Shown here in pieces: positions 9,813 to 18,946 of a stretch of DNA of 64,000 nt (the stretch's first letter is position 1; every line of letters begins with the position of its first letter). This stretch comes from Planctomycetota bacterium. Its GTDB lineage: Bacteria; Planctomycetota; UBA1135; GCA-002748355. The notes under the pieces were generated by a model. That model worked only from the letters and a program-made list of their open reading frames with translations. It was not told where the DNA came from and did not search any database. Both the position numbers and the translations under genes were made by a program. The DNA lies in NCBI GenBank assembly GCA_002748355.1, contig PDSF01000035.1, forward strand, positions 14,004 through 78,003. Direction: 5' to 3'.

Positions 9813-10898
9813 TCACATCTTCGGCACTAGGCTCTCGGCCACGCGCTGCCCCACAGGGCCGGCGCAGGTGACGCCGTGGCCGCCAAGCCCGGCAGCAAAG
9901 CTGAGCCCCGCGAGCTGCGGATCAGGCCCGAGCAGGAAACCGCCCCCATCGGCATAGGTGCGCAAGCCGGCCCAAGCATGGGCGATCGGAACTTCCTCCA
10001 GGAAGGGGAAGATGCGCTCCAGCTTCTGCTCGGCTTCCGCGAAGACCTCGTCGTCGACGACGGGGCGACCAGGCGGCACGACTTCTTCATCACAGACACT
10101 GAAGAGGACGCCTCCCCCCTCGGGGCGGAAGTAGGCCCCAGCATCCACATGCCAGACGAAGGGCGCCTCGGGATCCAAGCCCGGCCAAGGACTGCTGGCA
10201 TAGAGGTGCCGACGGCGCGGCAGCAGCTCTCGCCCCGGCAAGCCCGAGCGCTGCAGCAGCTCCTCGGTCCAGGCGCCGGCGGCGAGCACCAGGGCGTTGG
10301 CTTCCAGTCGCTCCCCGTCCTCCAGCAGCAAGCCCAGAACCCCCTCTTCGTCATGCAGGAGACGCTCCACTTCCGAACCTAGGCGGAGCTGGGCACCGCG
10401 ACCCCGTGCTGCCGCCAGACTATGCTCAATCAAGCTGGCAGGATCGGCAATACCGTCCTCGGGACTGTACACCGCGCCTCGGATGGGGCAGTCGGCGAGC
10501 ATGGGGAGCAAACGCACACAGTCGGCAGCCGTCCATAACTCGGGGTGGAGACCAAGGCCCCTCGCTTCCTCAGCTCGGGCCTGCAAACGACGCCAAGCGT
10601 CTTCTGATTCGGCAAGCAGCAGCGAGGCATTGCGGCGGAATAGCCCCGGCCCAGCCAGCTCCTCGGGCAACTGGTTCCAAAACTGACAGCCCTCGATCGA
10701 AATCCTGGTCAAAACCGGCTCGTCGACAAGGGAGCGAACCATCGCTGCGTTTTGCGCACTGGCGTGAGAGCCAGGAATCACTTCCTTTTCCAGGACCAGC
10801 AATTCAGCTGCCGGCCCGAAGCGACGCGACAGGGCCCAGGCACTCGCGGCGCCAGCGAGGCCAGCTCCGATGACGATAATGACAGGCCGCTCTCTCAT
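9813..10898 (-). CDS. FAD-dependent oxidoreductase (DAO / glycine-D-amino-acid oxidase-like family)
   Basis: The N-terminal VIIVIGAGLAGAASAWALS is a GxGxxG dinucleotide-binding fold. The 361-aa length and C-terminal GLGGHGVT are typical of the DAO family. The stop codon abuts the tRNA 3' end. Confidence 0.85.
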   Translation of the reverse strand: MRERPVIIVIGAGLAGAASAWALSRRFGPAAELLVLEKEVIPGSHASAQNAAMVRSLVDEPVLTRISIEGCQFWNQLPEELAGPGLFRRNASLLLAESEDAWRRLQARAEEARGLGLHPELWTAADCVRLLPMLADCPIRGAVYSPEDGIADPASLIEHSLAAARGRGAQLRLGSEVERLLHDEEGVLGLLLEDGERLEANALVLAAGAWTEELLQRSGLPGRELLPRRRHLYASSPWPGLDPEAPFVWHVDAGAYFRPEGGGVLFSVCDEEVVPPGRPVVDDEVFAEAEQKLERIFPFLEEVPIAHAWAGLRTYADGGGFLLGPDPQLAGLSFAAGLGGHGVTCAGPVGQRVAESLVPKM

Positions 10899-11047
10899 GC
10901 CCCGAACTTGGCTCGGCCCCCTTCCTGAGTCACGGGAAAAGCCAGGTGGAGAGGCTAGAGTTCAGGAATTCGCCATAGCCGCCCTTTCGCAATCCTGGTC
11001 ACCTTCAGAGGGCTTCTCCCCAAAAGGAAACTCGCCCCAAAAGGAAA

Positions 11048-11071
11048 CAGGGGACCCGCTTGGGTCCCCTG
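11048..11071 (-). terminator. Rho-independent terminator-like hairpin oriented for the minus strand
   Basis: 10-bp stem CAGGGGACCC / loop GCTT / GGGTCCCCTG. On the minus strand it is followed by TTTCCTTTTGGGGCGAGTTTCCTTTTGGGG, a U-rich tract that includes a duplicated TTTCCTTTTGGGG. Confidence 0.55.
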
Positions 11072-11748
11072 CCTGGAGAATTCGTTCGAAGCACCTGCAC
11101 TCGCTTCCTCTTGACGCGGCCCGGAGCCCCGGAACCGTGAGAGCAAAGAGAGAGCACGCAAACCGCTCGAAGCAAGCAAGGCCCAAGCGGCTGCGTGAAT
11201 AAAGGAGATGACGTCAGACTCTGCTTGAGCACAAGGGATCGAAGCGCCGCGCCATGGTCTTGGAGAGAGCGCGGCCAATACCAGCCCCAAAAGAAAGGAG
11301 CAAAGCTGGCCGAGGAACGGCGTTTCAAGAGCACCTGTCGGAATCACCGGTCACAGGAAGGCAACCGGGCCCACGATTCCCGAATCAGGGCTCACTAGCG
11401 ACCCCTCCCCAATCCGAAGATCGGGTTCGCACCCGAGGAGTCGTCCCCCGTGCCGAGGCAGGTTCTGACGAAAACCACATTGAGGAAGAGCGCAGCCACA
11501 CGGCTCGAACGCGACTTTGACGGAGCCACTGGAGAAAGGGTTCCGTCCTTAGCATCGGAAGTGACGAAGCCCTAGTCGGCTTGCTGCCAGCGCTTTGCGC
11601 GCAGGACCTTCAGCTAGCCCACAAAAAAATGGATGCTTTTCGCACGACAGCTCGCGGCCGATTTGCCGCTCTCGACAAGGCCAAGCCGCGGACCGAGATT
11701 GCCAGCCTTGCTGCTGGCCAGGCAAGCTTCACAAGCGAGCCTTCGCCC

Positions 11749-12147
11749 TCAGAGCCTCGCTGCTCCGACGCGGTAGCCCAGCCAAGCGAAGAACAAGCCG
11801 CTGAGCACACTGGCGGCTACATAGCCAAGTGCCGCGGCCAAGCGGCCTTCACGCCAGAGCAACAAGGTTTCGACGCTGAAGGTCGAGAAGGTGGTGAAGG
11901 CTCCGAGCAGGCCAGTGGTCCAGAACAAGCGCTGCGCCGGCTCCATCTGCTGGCTTCGCTGCAGCAAATAGCCGAGCACGAAGGAGCCGAGGACGTTGAC
12001 GCAGAGTGTGGCCAGAGGCCAGGACGCGGCTCCCTTGCGCGGCAACGCTGCCTCGATGCCCAAAACGGCCAGATAGCGGCAGCTGGCGCCGAGGAAGCCC
12101 CCGGCGCCAACCGCAAGCACCGCCCCCAGAGAGGGGAGGGCACTCAT
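11749..12147 (-). CDS. crcB: Fluoride ion channel CrcB/FluC
   Basis: 132 aa with the family motifs [19 protein letters not shown] and [12 protein letters not shown]. Its ATG (12147..12145) overlaps the EF-G TGA (12146..12144) as ATGA. Confidence 0.9.
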   Translation of the reverse strand: MSALPSLGAVLAVGAGGFLGASCRYLAVLGIEAALPRKGAASWPLATLCVNVLGSFVLGYLLQRSQQMEPAQRLFWTTGLLGAFTTFSTFSVETLLLWREGRLAAALGYVAASVLSGLFFAWLGYRVGAARL

Positions 12148-14258
12148 GCGTTTTCGAGGATTTCCTTGGCGATCGACTCGGGAACCGGAGCGTATTCGCT
12201 GGGCTCCATGATGAAGGTCCCGCGACCGCCAGTCAGACCACGCAGGGAGGTCGAATACTGGAACATCTCGGCAATGGGCACCTTGCCGCGGATGGTGCGC
12301 ACGTCCATGGCCAAGTCGATATCGCTAACCATACCGCGGCGGCTGTTGAGATCGCCGATGACATCCCCCACGAACTCCTCGGGGCACTGCACTTCGATCT
12401 TCATCACCGGCTCGAGCAACTGGATATTGCCCTCGACGGCCTTGCGGAAGGCCAGGGCGCCGGCCGCCTGGAAGGCCATATCGCTCGAGTCGACCTCGTG
12501 ATACTGACCGTCGTAGAGCACAACGTGGATGTTGACGAAGGGGTAGCCAAGCTTGCCGCCACCGACAGCCGAGTTGACGATGCCCTTCTCGACCGAAGGA
12601 ATGTATTCCTGCGGGACCACGCCGCCCTTGATCTCGTTCTCGAAGACGACCGGCTTTTCCTGTTCGACCGGGTCGAAACGCAGCTTGGCGACCGCGAACT
12701 GGCCGGAACCACCGGTTTGCTTGACGTGCCGCGCTTCGATATCCACCGCACGCTTGAGCGCCTGGCGATAAGCAACGCGAGGCTTCCCCATATTGACCGG
12801 GACCTTAAAGTCGTTGGTCAGGCGGTTGATAATGACCTCGAGGTGCAGCTCGCCCATGCCTTCGATAATGATCTGACCGCTCTGCTCGTCGGTCTTGGCC
12901 ACGAAGGTAGGATCCTCTCGGGTCAAACGCGCGAGCGCGGCACTGAGCTTATCGCGGTCCTTGGTCGACTTGGGCTCGATCGAGAGCGCGATCACGGTCT
13001 CGGGGAACTCCATCGACTCAAGGACGACGGGGTGCTCGTCCATGCAAAGGGTGTCGCCGGTAACCGACTGCTTGAAGCCCATGATGGCGACGATATCGCC
13101 GGCCAAGGCCTCCTCGATGTTCTGGCGGTTGTTGGCGTGCATCTTGAGCAGGCGACCGACGCGCTCACGCCGCCGCGTGCGCGGATTGGTGACCTGCATG
13201 CCCTTGCTGAGCTTGCCCGAATAGATGCGGACGAAGGTCAGGTCGCCATTGATGTCGGAGATGGTCTTGAAGGCGAGGGCCGCGAGCGGACCGCTGCTGC
13301 TGTGCGACAGGACGATCTCCTCTTCGCTCTTCGGGTGCATGCCACGCACCTCAGGGAGGTCGGTGGGCGCCGGCAGGTAGTCAACGATGGCGTCGAGAAG
13401 GTTCTCGATGCCCTTGTCCCGGAGCGCCGCGCCACAGAAGACCGGCACCATGCCCTGATCCATCACGCCATTGCGGACGGCAATCTTGATCTCCTCGATC
13501 GTGATGTCCTCGAACTCGCCCTCGACGAACTTCTCAAGCACCGGCTCGTGGAACTCGGCGACGTTCTCGATCAGCTCTTCCCGGGCCTGGGCCACGGCCT
13601 CAACCATGTCCGGAGGAGTCTCGCCCACCTGCACTTCACGAGAATTGTCCGGCCAGATGTAGCTCTTGCCGGTCAGGAGGTCGACGACGCCCTTGTGTTG
13701 GCTCTCTAGGCCGATCGGCAGCTGCATCGCCACCGGGGTGATGTTCAGGCGGGTCTTGATCGAATCCAGGACGCGATCGAAGTCGGCTCCGGTCCGGTCC
13801 AGCTTGTTGACAAAGGCGATGCGCGGGACGTGGTAGCGCGTGGCCTGGCGCCAAACCGTCTCCGACTGCGCCTCGACACCCGCAACGCCGCAGAAGACGC
13901 CAATGGCGCCGTCCAAAACCCGCAAGGAGCGCTCCACCTCGACGGTGAAGTCGACGTGCCCCGGCGTATCAATGATGTTGATCTCGTGGCCATTCCACTG
14001 GCAGCTGGTCGCCGCCGAGGTGATGGTGATGCCACGCTCCCGCTCCTCAGCGAGGTAGTCCATGGTGGCGGCGCCATCGTGGACCTCCCCCACCTTGTGG
14101 GTAACACCAGTCACAAAGAGCACACGCTCGGTCACCGTCGTTTTGCCGGCATCGATGTGAGCCATGATGCCGATGTTACGAAGCTTGTTCAGGCGCTTGG
14201 TCTCAGCGGGGTCAGCGGCGGGAACCGCCGTTTTCGTCGGGGTAGGGGAACTCGACAT
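12144..14258 (-). CDS. fusA: Translation elongation factor G (stand-alone copy, not in an rpsL-rpsG-fusA-tuf context)
   Basis: GTPase motifs [14 protein letters not shown] and NKLD, plus [13 protein letters not shown] and full-length domains II-V. The likely start is ATG at 14258 (MSSSPTPTK..., 704 aa). The ORF track extends to 14417. Confidence 0.9.
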   Translation of the reverse strand: MSSSPTPTKTAVPAADPAETKRLNKLRNIGIMAHIDAGKTTVTERVLFVTGVTHKVGEVHDGAATMDYLAEERERGITITSAATSCQWNGHEINIIDTPGHVDFTVEVERSLRVLDGAIGVFCGVAGVEAQSETVWRQATRYHVPRIAFVNKLDRTGADFDRVLDSIKTRLNITPVAMQLPIGLESQHKGVVDLLTGKSYIWPDNSREVQVGETPPDMVEAVAQAREELIENVAEFHEPVLEKFVEGEFEDITIEEIKIAVRNGVMDQGMVPVFCGAALRDKGIENLLDAIVDYLPAPTDLPEVRGMHPKSEEEIVLSHSSSGPLAALAFKTISDINGDLTFVRIYSGKLSKGMQVTNPRTRRRERVGRLLKMHANNRQNIEEALAGDIVAIMGFKQSVTGDTLCMDEHPVVLESMEFPETVIALSIEPKSTKDRDKLSAALARLTREDPTFVAKTDEQSGQIIIEGMGELHLEVIINRLTNDFKVPVNMGKPRVAYRQALKRAVDIEARHVKQTGGSGQFAVAKLRFDPVEQEKPVVFENEIKGGVVPQEYIPSVEKGIVNSAVGGGKLGYPFVNIHVVLYDGQYHEVDSSDMAFQAAGALAFRKAVEGNIQLLEPVMKIEVQCPEEFVGDVIGDLNSRRGMVSDIDLAMDVRTIRGKVPIAEMFQYSTSLRGLTGGRGTFIMEPSEYAPVPESIAKEILENA

Positions 14259-14531
14259 CTTGCGTCCTGTGAAGCTTCGAGAATGAGGGGTGAAGCGACA
14301 GATCCTCGGTGTTTCCGAGTGGCGCGCTTCGAGGAGGGTCTGCGTGCGGCACGGTCCAAGCAAGTGGGCCAAGCAATCAGGCCCAAGCAAAGAGCTGCGG
14401 ATACCGGCTGCCCGCAATCAAAAATGGCGAAGCAAAATACGCAGACGCAAGCGGCCTGTCAAAGCGCTTGCGAAAGGAAGATCGAGGCCCCTCCTCAGAG
14501 CAAGCCTGCTAGAGCGCGGGCCGGGAACTGG

Positions 14532-16085
14532 CTAGCGCCGCCGCTGCCGCTTTTTCGGGTCGTAAAACTCGATGAAGAAGGGATTCCAGAGCCGCTCCTC
14601 ACCGGCGTACTCCCCATATTCGTCCAGATTCATTTCCCCATCCTCCTCGTCGGGAAAATCGGAAACGAAGAGGCGAAGGGCATCCACCCGGCGCAGCGGG
14701 GTCAAGGGCTGCAAAACCGTCTTTTCCCCGTCCTGCACCCGAGCGAATCGTGCGCGGCTACGCAGCACCAGGTACGAACGCCCCGACTCGTCGCGCTTAT
14801 AGACAGCCGCCAGATGCACGGTAAAGACATTGGAACTCGTGGTCAGCATGGCCTGGAAGCGTTCCTTCGCTTCGCTTTGCGGAGCATTCCGCCAAGCCAC
14901 CACATCTTCGAGTGAGTCCACGGTTTTGAAGATCCGCTTTTGCTCTCCGCTCGGCTCCCCAAAACTCTCGTAGCCTTCTTCGAGCGTCTGCGACTCGCTT
15001 TTGGCCTGGGCCTCCTCGTCGACCTCATTGCGGTAACGAATCAGCTCGTCGACCACCGCTCGTGAAAGTTCAGCTTCGTCTTCGAGACAACGCAGGACGC
15101 TTGGGCGGGCGGTGTTGATGTTGATGCGCACACCAGAGCCAAGGGTCGCTGGCCCCTCCGATTCCTCGTCGGTCTTGCCAGCTCCAGCCGCAGCAAGCGC
15201 CGTCACAGGCTTGTCGGTCGTCGATCCGGCATCCGCCTCTTCGTCGCCTCCGGAAGCAAGGGACAGGCTTGAGTGCACGGTCAGGATCGCACTCAAGCCA
15301 ACACGCACCGAGCGGCCGACGATACGGTCGTCCCAGCACTCAGCGGGGATCTCCGGCAGCATGCGCAGCTCGTCGAGATCGAGGGGCAAGGTGATCTCGT
15401 TACCGTCGGCATTCGTCGCCAGGGGGATGCGCGGGCGATCATCGTTGCGACCCCGCCCCTTCATCCAGTCTTCGATCGCCTGAACCCAGGTCTCGGCATC
15501 GCCTCGACTAATGTCTTCCTCATAGCCCTCCCAATGGATGTCCAAAAGGCGGAGCAGGCGTTCCCGACTCAGCTCGCGGAACTCTTCGTCCTCACTGAGC
15601 AAGGAGAGCAGGTTGAACTTGCGGTTCTCATCCTCAACGAAGGCGTAGACGGTGATGCGGTTGTCGTCGAAGTAGCTTTTTGGCTCGAACCAGCTGTCGC
15701 GGCTCGAATCGCCGGCAGGCGCCCCCCCCTCGGCGGCGCCGCCCTCGGGCCCGAGCCCTGCGGCGCCCCCCATGCCGGCCATGCCGCCCATGCCGCCCAT
15801 GGCTCCCATGCCCCCCATCGCCCCAGCCGCAGCGGCAAGGCCCTCAGCTCCTCCGGAAGCCTCCTTAGCATCGTCGGCGAGATCCTGCAGGACTTGCTGC
15901 AGCGCCAATTTCGTGCCCTCGCGGATCCGCGCCTCGATGCCGTAGTTCTCCGAGGTCATCGAATCGAACTCGCTGCGGGTCACGAGCTCCGCGACCACGA
16001 TGTAGAGAAGGGCAACGACAACGAGCACCAGGAGCAGCGCCGCGCCACCTTGGGCTTTGTTGTCAGAACCTGGCTTCGCGTGCAT
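14532..16085 (-). CDS. GspK-like minor pseudopilin / type II secretion-related protein with a Gly-Ala-Met-rich insert
   Basis: An N-terminal hydrophobic pseudopilin-like helix (GGAALLLVLVVVALLYIVVAELV) sits after a basic stretch. The motif RININTARPSVLRCL resembles the helix-hairpin-helix NINTA motif of GspK. The likely start is ATG at 16085, preceded by AGGAGAGGAG. It is adjacent to a secretin gene. Confidence 0.6.
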   Translation of the reverse strand: MHAKPGSDNKAQGGAALLLVLVVVALLYIVVAELVTRSEFDSMTSENYGIEARIREGTKLALQQVLQDLADDAKEASGGAEGLAAAAGAMGGMGAMGGMGGMAGMGGAAGLGPEGGAAEGGAPAGDSSRDSWFEPKSYFDDNRITVYAFVEDENRKFNLLSLLSEDEEFRELSRERLLRLLDIHWEGYEEDISRGDAETWVQAIEDWMKGRGRNDDRPRIPLATNADGNEITLPLDLDELRMLPEIPAECWDDRIVGRSVRVGLSAILTVHSSLSLASGGDEEADAGSTTDKPVTALAAAGAGKTDEESEGPATLGSGVRININTARPSVLRCLEDEAELSRAVVDELIRYRNEVDEEAQAKSESQTLEEGYESFGEPSGEQKRIFKTVDSLEDVVAWRNAPQSEAKERFQAMLTTSSNVFTVHLAAVYKRDESGRSYLVLRSRARFARVQDGEKTVLQPLTPLRRVDALRLFVSDFPDEEDGEMNLDEYGEYAGEERLWNPFFIEFYDPKKRQRRR

Positions 16086-16198
16086 GGGGGCTCCTCTCCT
16101 CTTCGCTGAGGCCTTGGACGCAGTCAGCGCTGGCGGCTTGCGCAGCAAGAACGCCTCGAACACAGCCATCCCCGTGCCGGCCCTCGACGAGCAGGGAA

Positions 16199-17842
16199 TC
16201 AGTATCCCACGCCGGTGAAGTCTTCGTCCACGCTCGGCCAGGCCTCCAGCACCTTGGGCGTCACGATGAAGACCACTTCGTTGTAGGAGGTCTGAACGTA
16301 GGTCGATCTGAAGAGATACCCGAGGATGGGAATGTCGCCGAGCAGAGGCACCTTGGCCTCATTCTCGAAGCGGCTCTTACTGACCAGACCGCCGATCACC
16401 GCGGACTTGCCGTTTGGAACGATCACATACGACTGGGCCCGACGCGAAGAGACGATCGGCGTCGGAATGGGGTCGGTCTCGGCGTAGCCGGTGACCGCAG
16501 AGACCTCGACGTTGAACTGCAGGTGCACCGAATCGCCCGGAGTCACGAAGGGCCGGATATGCATCATGACCCCGACCTTGGAGTGCTTCAGGGACGTCTT
16601 GACATTGGTCCCCTGGATCTGTGCCGACGGGTACGGCACCTGGGTGGTGGTATCGATAACGGCCATACCACCATTACGCACGGCGATCTTGGGGCTGCTA
16701 ATGATGTCGGATTTACGACTGGTCATCAGCAGCTCTAGCTTGGCGCTGAGCTCCAGGTTGTCGTGGATCCCCCCGAGTGTCAGCAAGCCCTCGGAAGAAC
16801 CCGAAATGGCACTCCCCGTGGTCCGAGTCGCCGTATTGGGGAACTGCGAGATGATGTTCTTGACGAAGCTGCCCCTGCCGGTCGAGCGTAAGGTCGGATT
16901 CTTGCCGTCCTGCGAAACACCCAAATCCAGGGTGTCCTCGGTAGAGAACTCAAGCACCCGAGTCTCGAGCAAAATCTGCGGCACGTAGTTGTAGAACAGC
17001 TCCATCGCCTGCTCGAACTTCTCAAGCCCATCGGGCTCGGTGGTGACCAGGACGAGGTCGTTCTTGATTACCGCCTTGCCACCGGCGATCTGGCCGTTCC
17101 AGTTGCGCCCCTGCAGCGGGAAGCTGGCGATCTGATCGAACTCGGTAATGCGCTGGATCAGGACGCGGTAGCCGGCCAGCATCTGCTCCAGTGGGGTTTT
17201 GGCCTTTTTGGGATCTTTGCCGAACTCGTAGACACCCTCTGTGCCCTTGGCCTTGCCGAGACGGGATCGTCCCGAGAGCTTGAGCATTTCATCGAGGACC
17301 TTCCCGGTGGGCGCGTCCACGTAGTAGGGCTTGGTAATCGTGCCATCGGGATGGCGGACGATCTGGCGGCCAAAGCGGGCGTAGAGATCCGCGTCCTCAA
17401 AGGGATCGCCCGAGTCCTCCGCGCTTTCCTGCCCTTCCTGCGGGGCAGGAGCAGGGTGACTCTCCGGGCGCGCCACCCAAGGAGCCCGCCGAAGCTGCCC
17501 AACGGTGGCCGAACTCTGAGTCACGTCGACCACCGAGCTCATGGCCTGCCCACTCGGATCGAAGACCTGCACCTGAACCTTGGAACTCTGGCTCTCCGCT
17601 CCAAACTCCGGCAGCGGCCTTTGCGAAGCAACGCATGCCGCCAGCAAAAGCAGGGCTGTGTAGCCAAGAACTCGCTGAATGCGAAACCCCCTTCCCGAAA
17701 CTCCTGCTTCCGAAACTCCTGCTTCCGAAACTCCAGCGGAGATCCGCTGGAGCATCCTCAGCTGGCGCCCGGGAGCACTCGACGGTTTCTCAGCATTAGG
17801 CACGTTATCGCCATTCGACACTCGGATCGGTGCTCGCGTCAT
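16199..17842 (-). CDS. Secretin (type II/III secretion system / PilQ-GspD family outer-membrane channel)
   Basis: C-terminal secretin signature AKVPLLGDIPILGYLFRSTYVQTSYNEVVFIVTPKVL. A lipobox-like LLLLAACVASQ occurs near the N-terminus, with an alternative start at M30 (17755). A 15-bp in-frame tandem repeat at 17695..17735 encodes (AGVSE)n. Confidence 0.85.
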   Translation of the reverse strand: MTRAPIRVSNGDNVPNAEKPSSAPGRQLRMLQRISAGVSEAGVSEAGVSGRGFRIQRVLGYTALLLLAACVASQRPLPEFGAESQSSKVQVQVFDPSGQAMSSVVDVTQSSATVGQLRRAPWVARPESHPAPAPQEGQESAEDSGDPFEDADLYARFGRQIVRHPDGTITKPYYVDAPTGKVLDEMLKLSGRSRLGKAKGTEGVYEFGKDPKKAKTPLEQMLAGYRVLIQRITEFDQIASFPLQGRNWNGQIAGGKAVIKNDLVLVTTEPDGLEKFEQAMELFYNYVPQILLETRVLEFSTEDTLDLGVSQDGKNPTLRSTGRGSFVKNIISQFPNTATRTTGSAISGSSEGLLTLGGIHDNLELSAKLELLMTSRKSDIISSPKIAVRNGGMAVIDTTTQVPYPSAQIQGTNVKTSLKHSKVGVMMHIRPFVTPGDSVHLQFNVEVSAVTGYAETDPIPTPIVSSRRAQSYVIVPNGKSAVIGGLVSKSRFENEAKVPLLGDIPILGYLFRSTYVQTSYNEVVFIVTPKVLEAWPSVDEDFTGVGY

Positions 17843-18064
17843 CGCCCTGAGCCTCTCGGCGGATTCCGCCGCAATGACCTTCCCTCATCGGCGGAGCTTA
17901 CCCCTGGGCCGGGTAAAAGTCGCGAAGCGCCCACTCGGAGATGAAGCCCCATTCGCAAAAAAACACGGTGCAAAATAACGGGGAGCGACCGGGCTGGACC
18001 GGGCTGGAGAGGAAGCGGGCAGCTTACAAAGCGGAGGAAGGAAAGAAGGCCAGCGCTGAGGGGG

Positions 18065-18538
18065 TCAGGACAGCTCGTCAATCACCGAGTCGGTGATGTC
18101 ACTGACATCCATCGCATCTGGCTTGCGGAGAATGCTCCCAGCCTTGACGACACAGTCCTTCCCCATAGTCACAGCGACCCGGCGGATCGCCTGGCGCACC
18201 CGGGCCAGGCCTCGCCTAGCCAAGAGGGAGTAGCGCGCGGTTCCCTTGCGGATCCCCTCATCCTCGATCTGCTGCCCTTCGGGGGTGTGCCGAAGAGCTT
18301 CCTCAAGATCCACTTCGGCTGGGGCCTTGCAAGAACCGGGGTTGCCAAACAAGACATTTCTCTGGGCGACCTTGATCCCGGTATTGGGTTCAGGGCTCAG
18401 CAAGAGATCGGAGTAAGCAGCCTGGGCTTCGCCCCGATAAGAACCCTGCGCACCAAGAGAAACGCTCAGGAGGAGAAGCAAGCTAAGGCTCACGAAACAG
18501 AGAGCCAGGCTCTCACAGTGCCTCAAGATCTTTCGCAT
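18065..18538 (-). CDS. Small secreted hypothetical protein
   Basis: ATG at 18538 gives MRKILRHCESLALCFVSLSLLLLLSVSLGAQG (signal peptide). No recognisable catalytic motif. It is the first gene downstream of the candidate sigma-54 promoter. Confidence 0.5.
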   Translation of the reverse strand: MRKILRHCESLALCFVSLSLLLLLSVSLGAQGSYRGEAQAAYSDLLLSPEPNTGIKVAQRNVLFGNPGSCKAPAEVDLEEALRHTPEGQQIEDEGIRKGTARYSLLARRGLARVRQAIRRVAVTMGKDCVVKAGSILRKPDAMDVSDITDSVIDELS

Positions 18539-18753
18539 ATCTCCGCCCTCACTCCGCTGCACTCGACTCGCAGCGCTCTCGCGCTTCTAGGTGTCGAAAA
18601 ACTCGACACCCCCGATGGATCGGCCGCCGTCACGACCGCCCTTAAGCTCAAATACTGATATCCTCAAAGGCCGATAACACGCCCCACGGCCGGGGCCTAC
18701 GTGAGGATCAGGCGGCCATGACTTCCGCCGCATCACCTCGCGACTCAACAGAA

Positions 18754-18769
18754 AGCAAAGCTCATCCCA
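18754..18769 (-). promoter_or_regulatory. Candidate sigma-54 (-24/-12) promoter
   Basis: The minus strand reads TGGGATGAGCTTTGCT against the consensus TGGCACG-N4-TTGCW. GG and GC have the correct GG-N10-GC spacing, and by my count 10 of 12 defined positions match. It points toward the 18538 gene and the secretin string. Confidence 0.35.
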
Positions 18770-18902
18770 TTTCGGCGGCTTTTTCCAGATTTTCTGGCTG
18801 ATTTGTTAAGTCGCCACACAGCAGGGGCTTACAAAGGGCCGTCTCCCAAAAAAACCAAGAAGAAGTGGGGCAAAAACCCGGCGAGCTCATGCGCCAACAA
18901 AT

Positions 18903-18946
18903 GCGCCCCGTCTTTTGCGCCACTCTTGGCGCAAAAGACGGGGCGC
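18903..18946 (-). terminator. Perfect 19-bp stem hairpin immediately after the stop of the sigma-54 activator gene
   Basis: GCGCCCCGTCTTTTGCGCC / loop ACTCTT / GGCGCAAAAGACGGGGCGC. It abuts the TAA at 18949..18947. On the minus strand it is followed by ATTTGTTGG. Confidence 0.65.

Noticed and set aside
10899-11748. RNase P RNA, tmRNA, SRP RNA or a tRNA in the gene-free gap. Loose resemblances include GCAAACCGCTCGAAGCAAGCAAGGCC, CTGCTTGAGC and a T-arm-like TCGGGTTCGCACCCGA.
   Set aside because: The gap has no GAGGAAAGTCCGGGC (the RNase P P4 strand) on either strand, no tmRNA tag ORF or acceptor/CCA end, and no foldable cloverleaf around the T-arm-like hairpin. The resemblances are short and out of order. 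It is left as an unassigned gap; see the findings.
12144-12147. A fluoride riboswitch (crcB motif) upstream of crcB.
   Set aside because: The crcB ATG overlaps the fusA stop codon, so there is no untranslated leader in which a riboswitch could sit.
12006-13709. Long plus-strand ORF (567 aa) antisense to fusA. Similar cases include 26012..27616(+) opposite pnp, 728..1630(+) opposite the SulP gene, 19280..20311(+) and others opposite the bEBP gene, and 55848..56783(+) opposite mreB.
   Set aside because: These are typical shadow ORFs of GC-rich DNA. Their translations are Arg/Gly/Pro/Asp/His-rich with no recognisable motifs, whereas the opposite strand encodes unmistakable conserved proteins.
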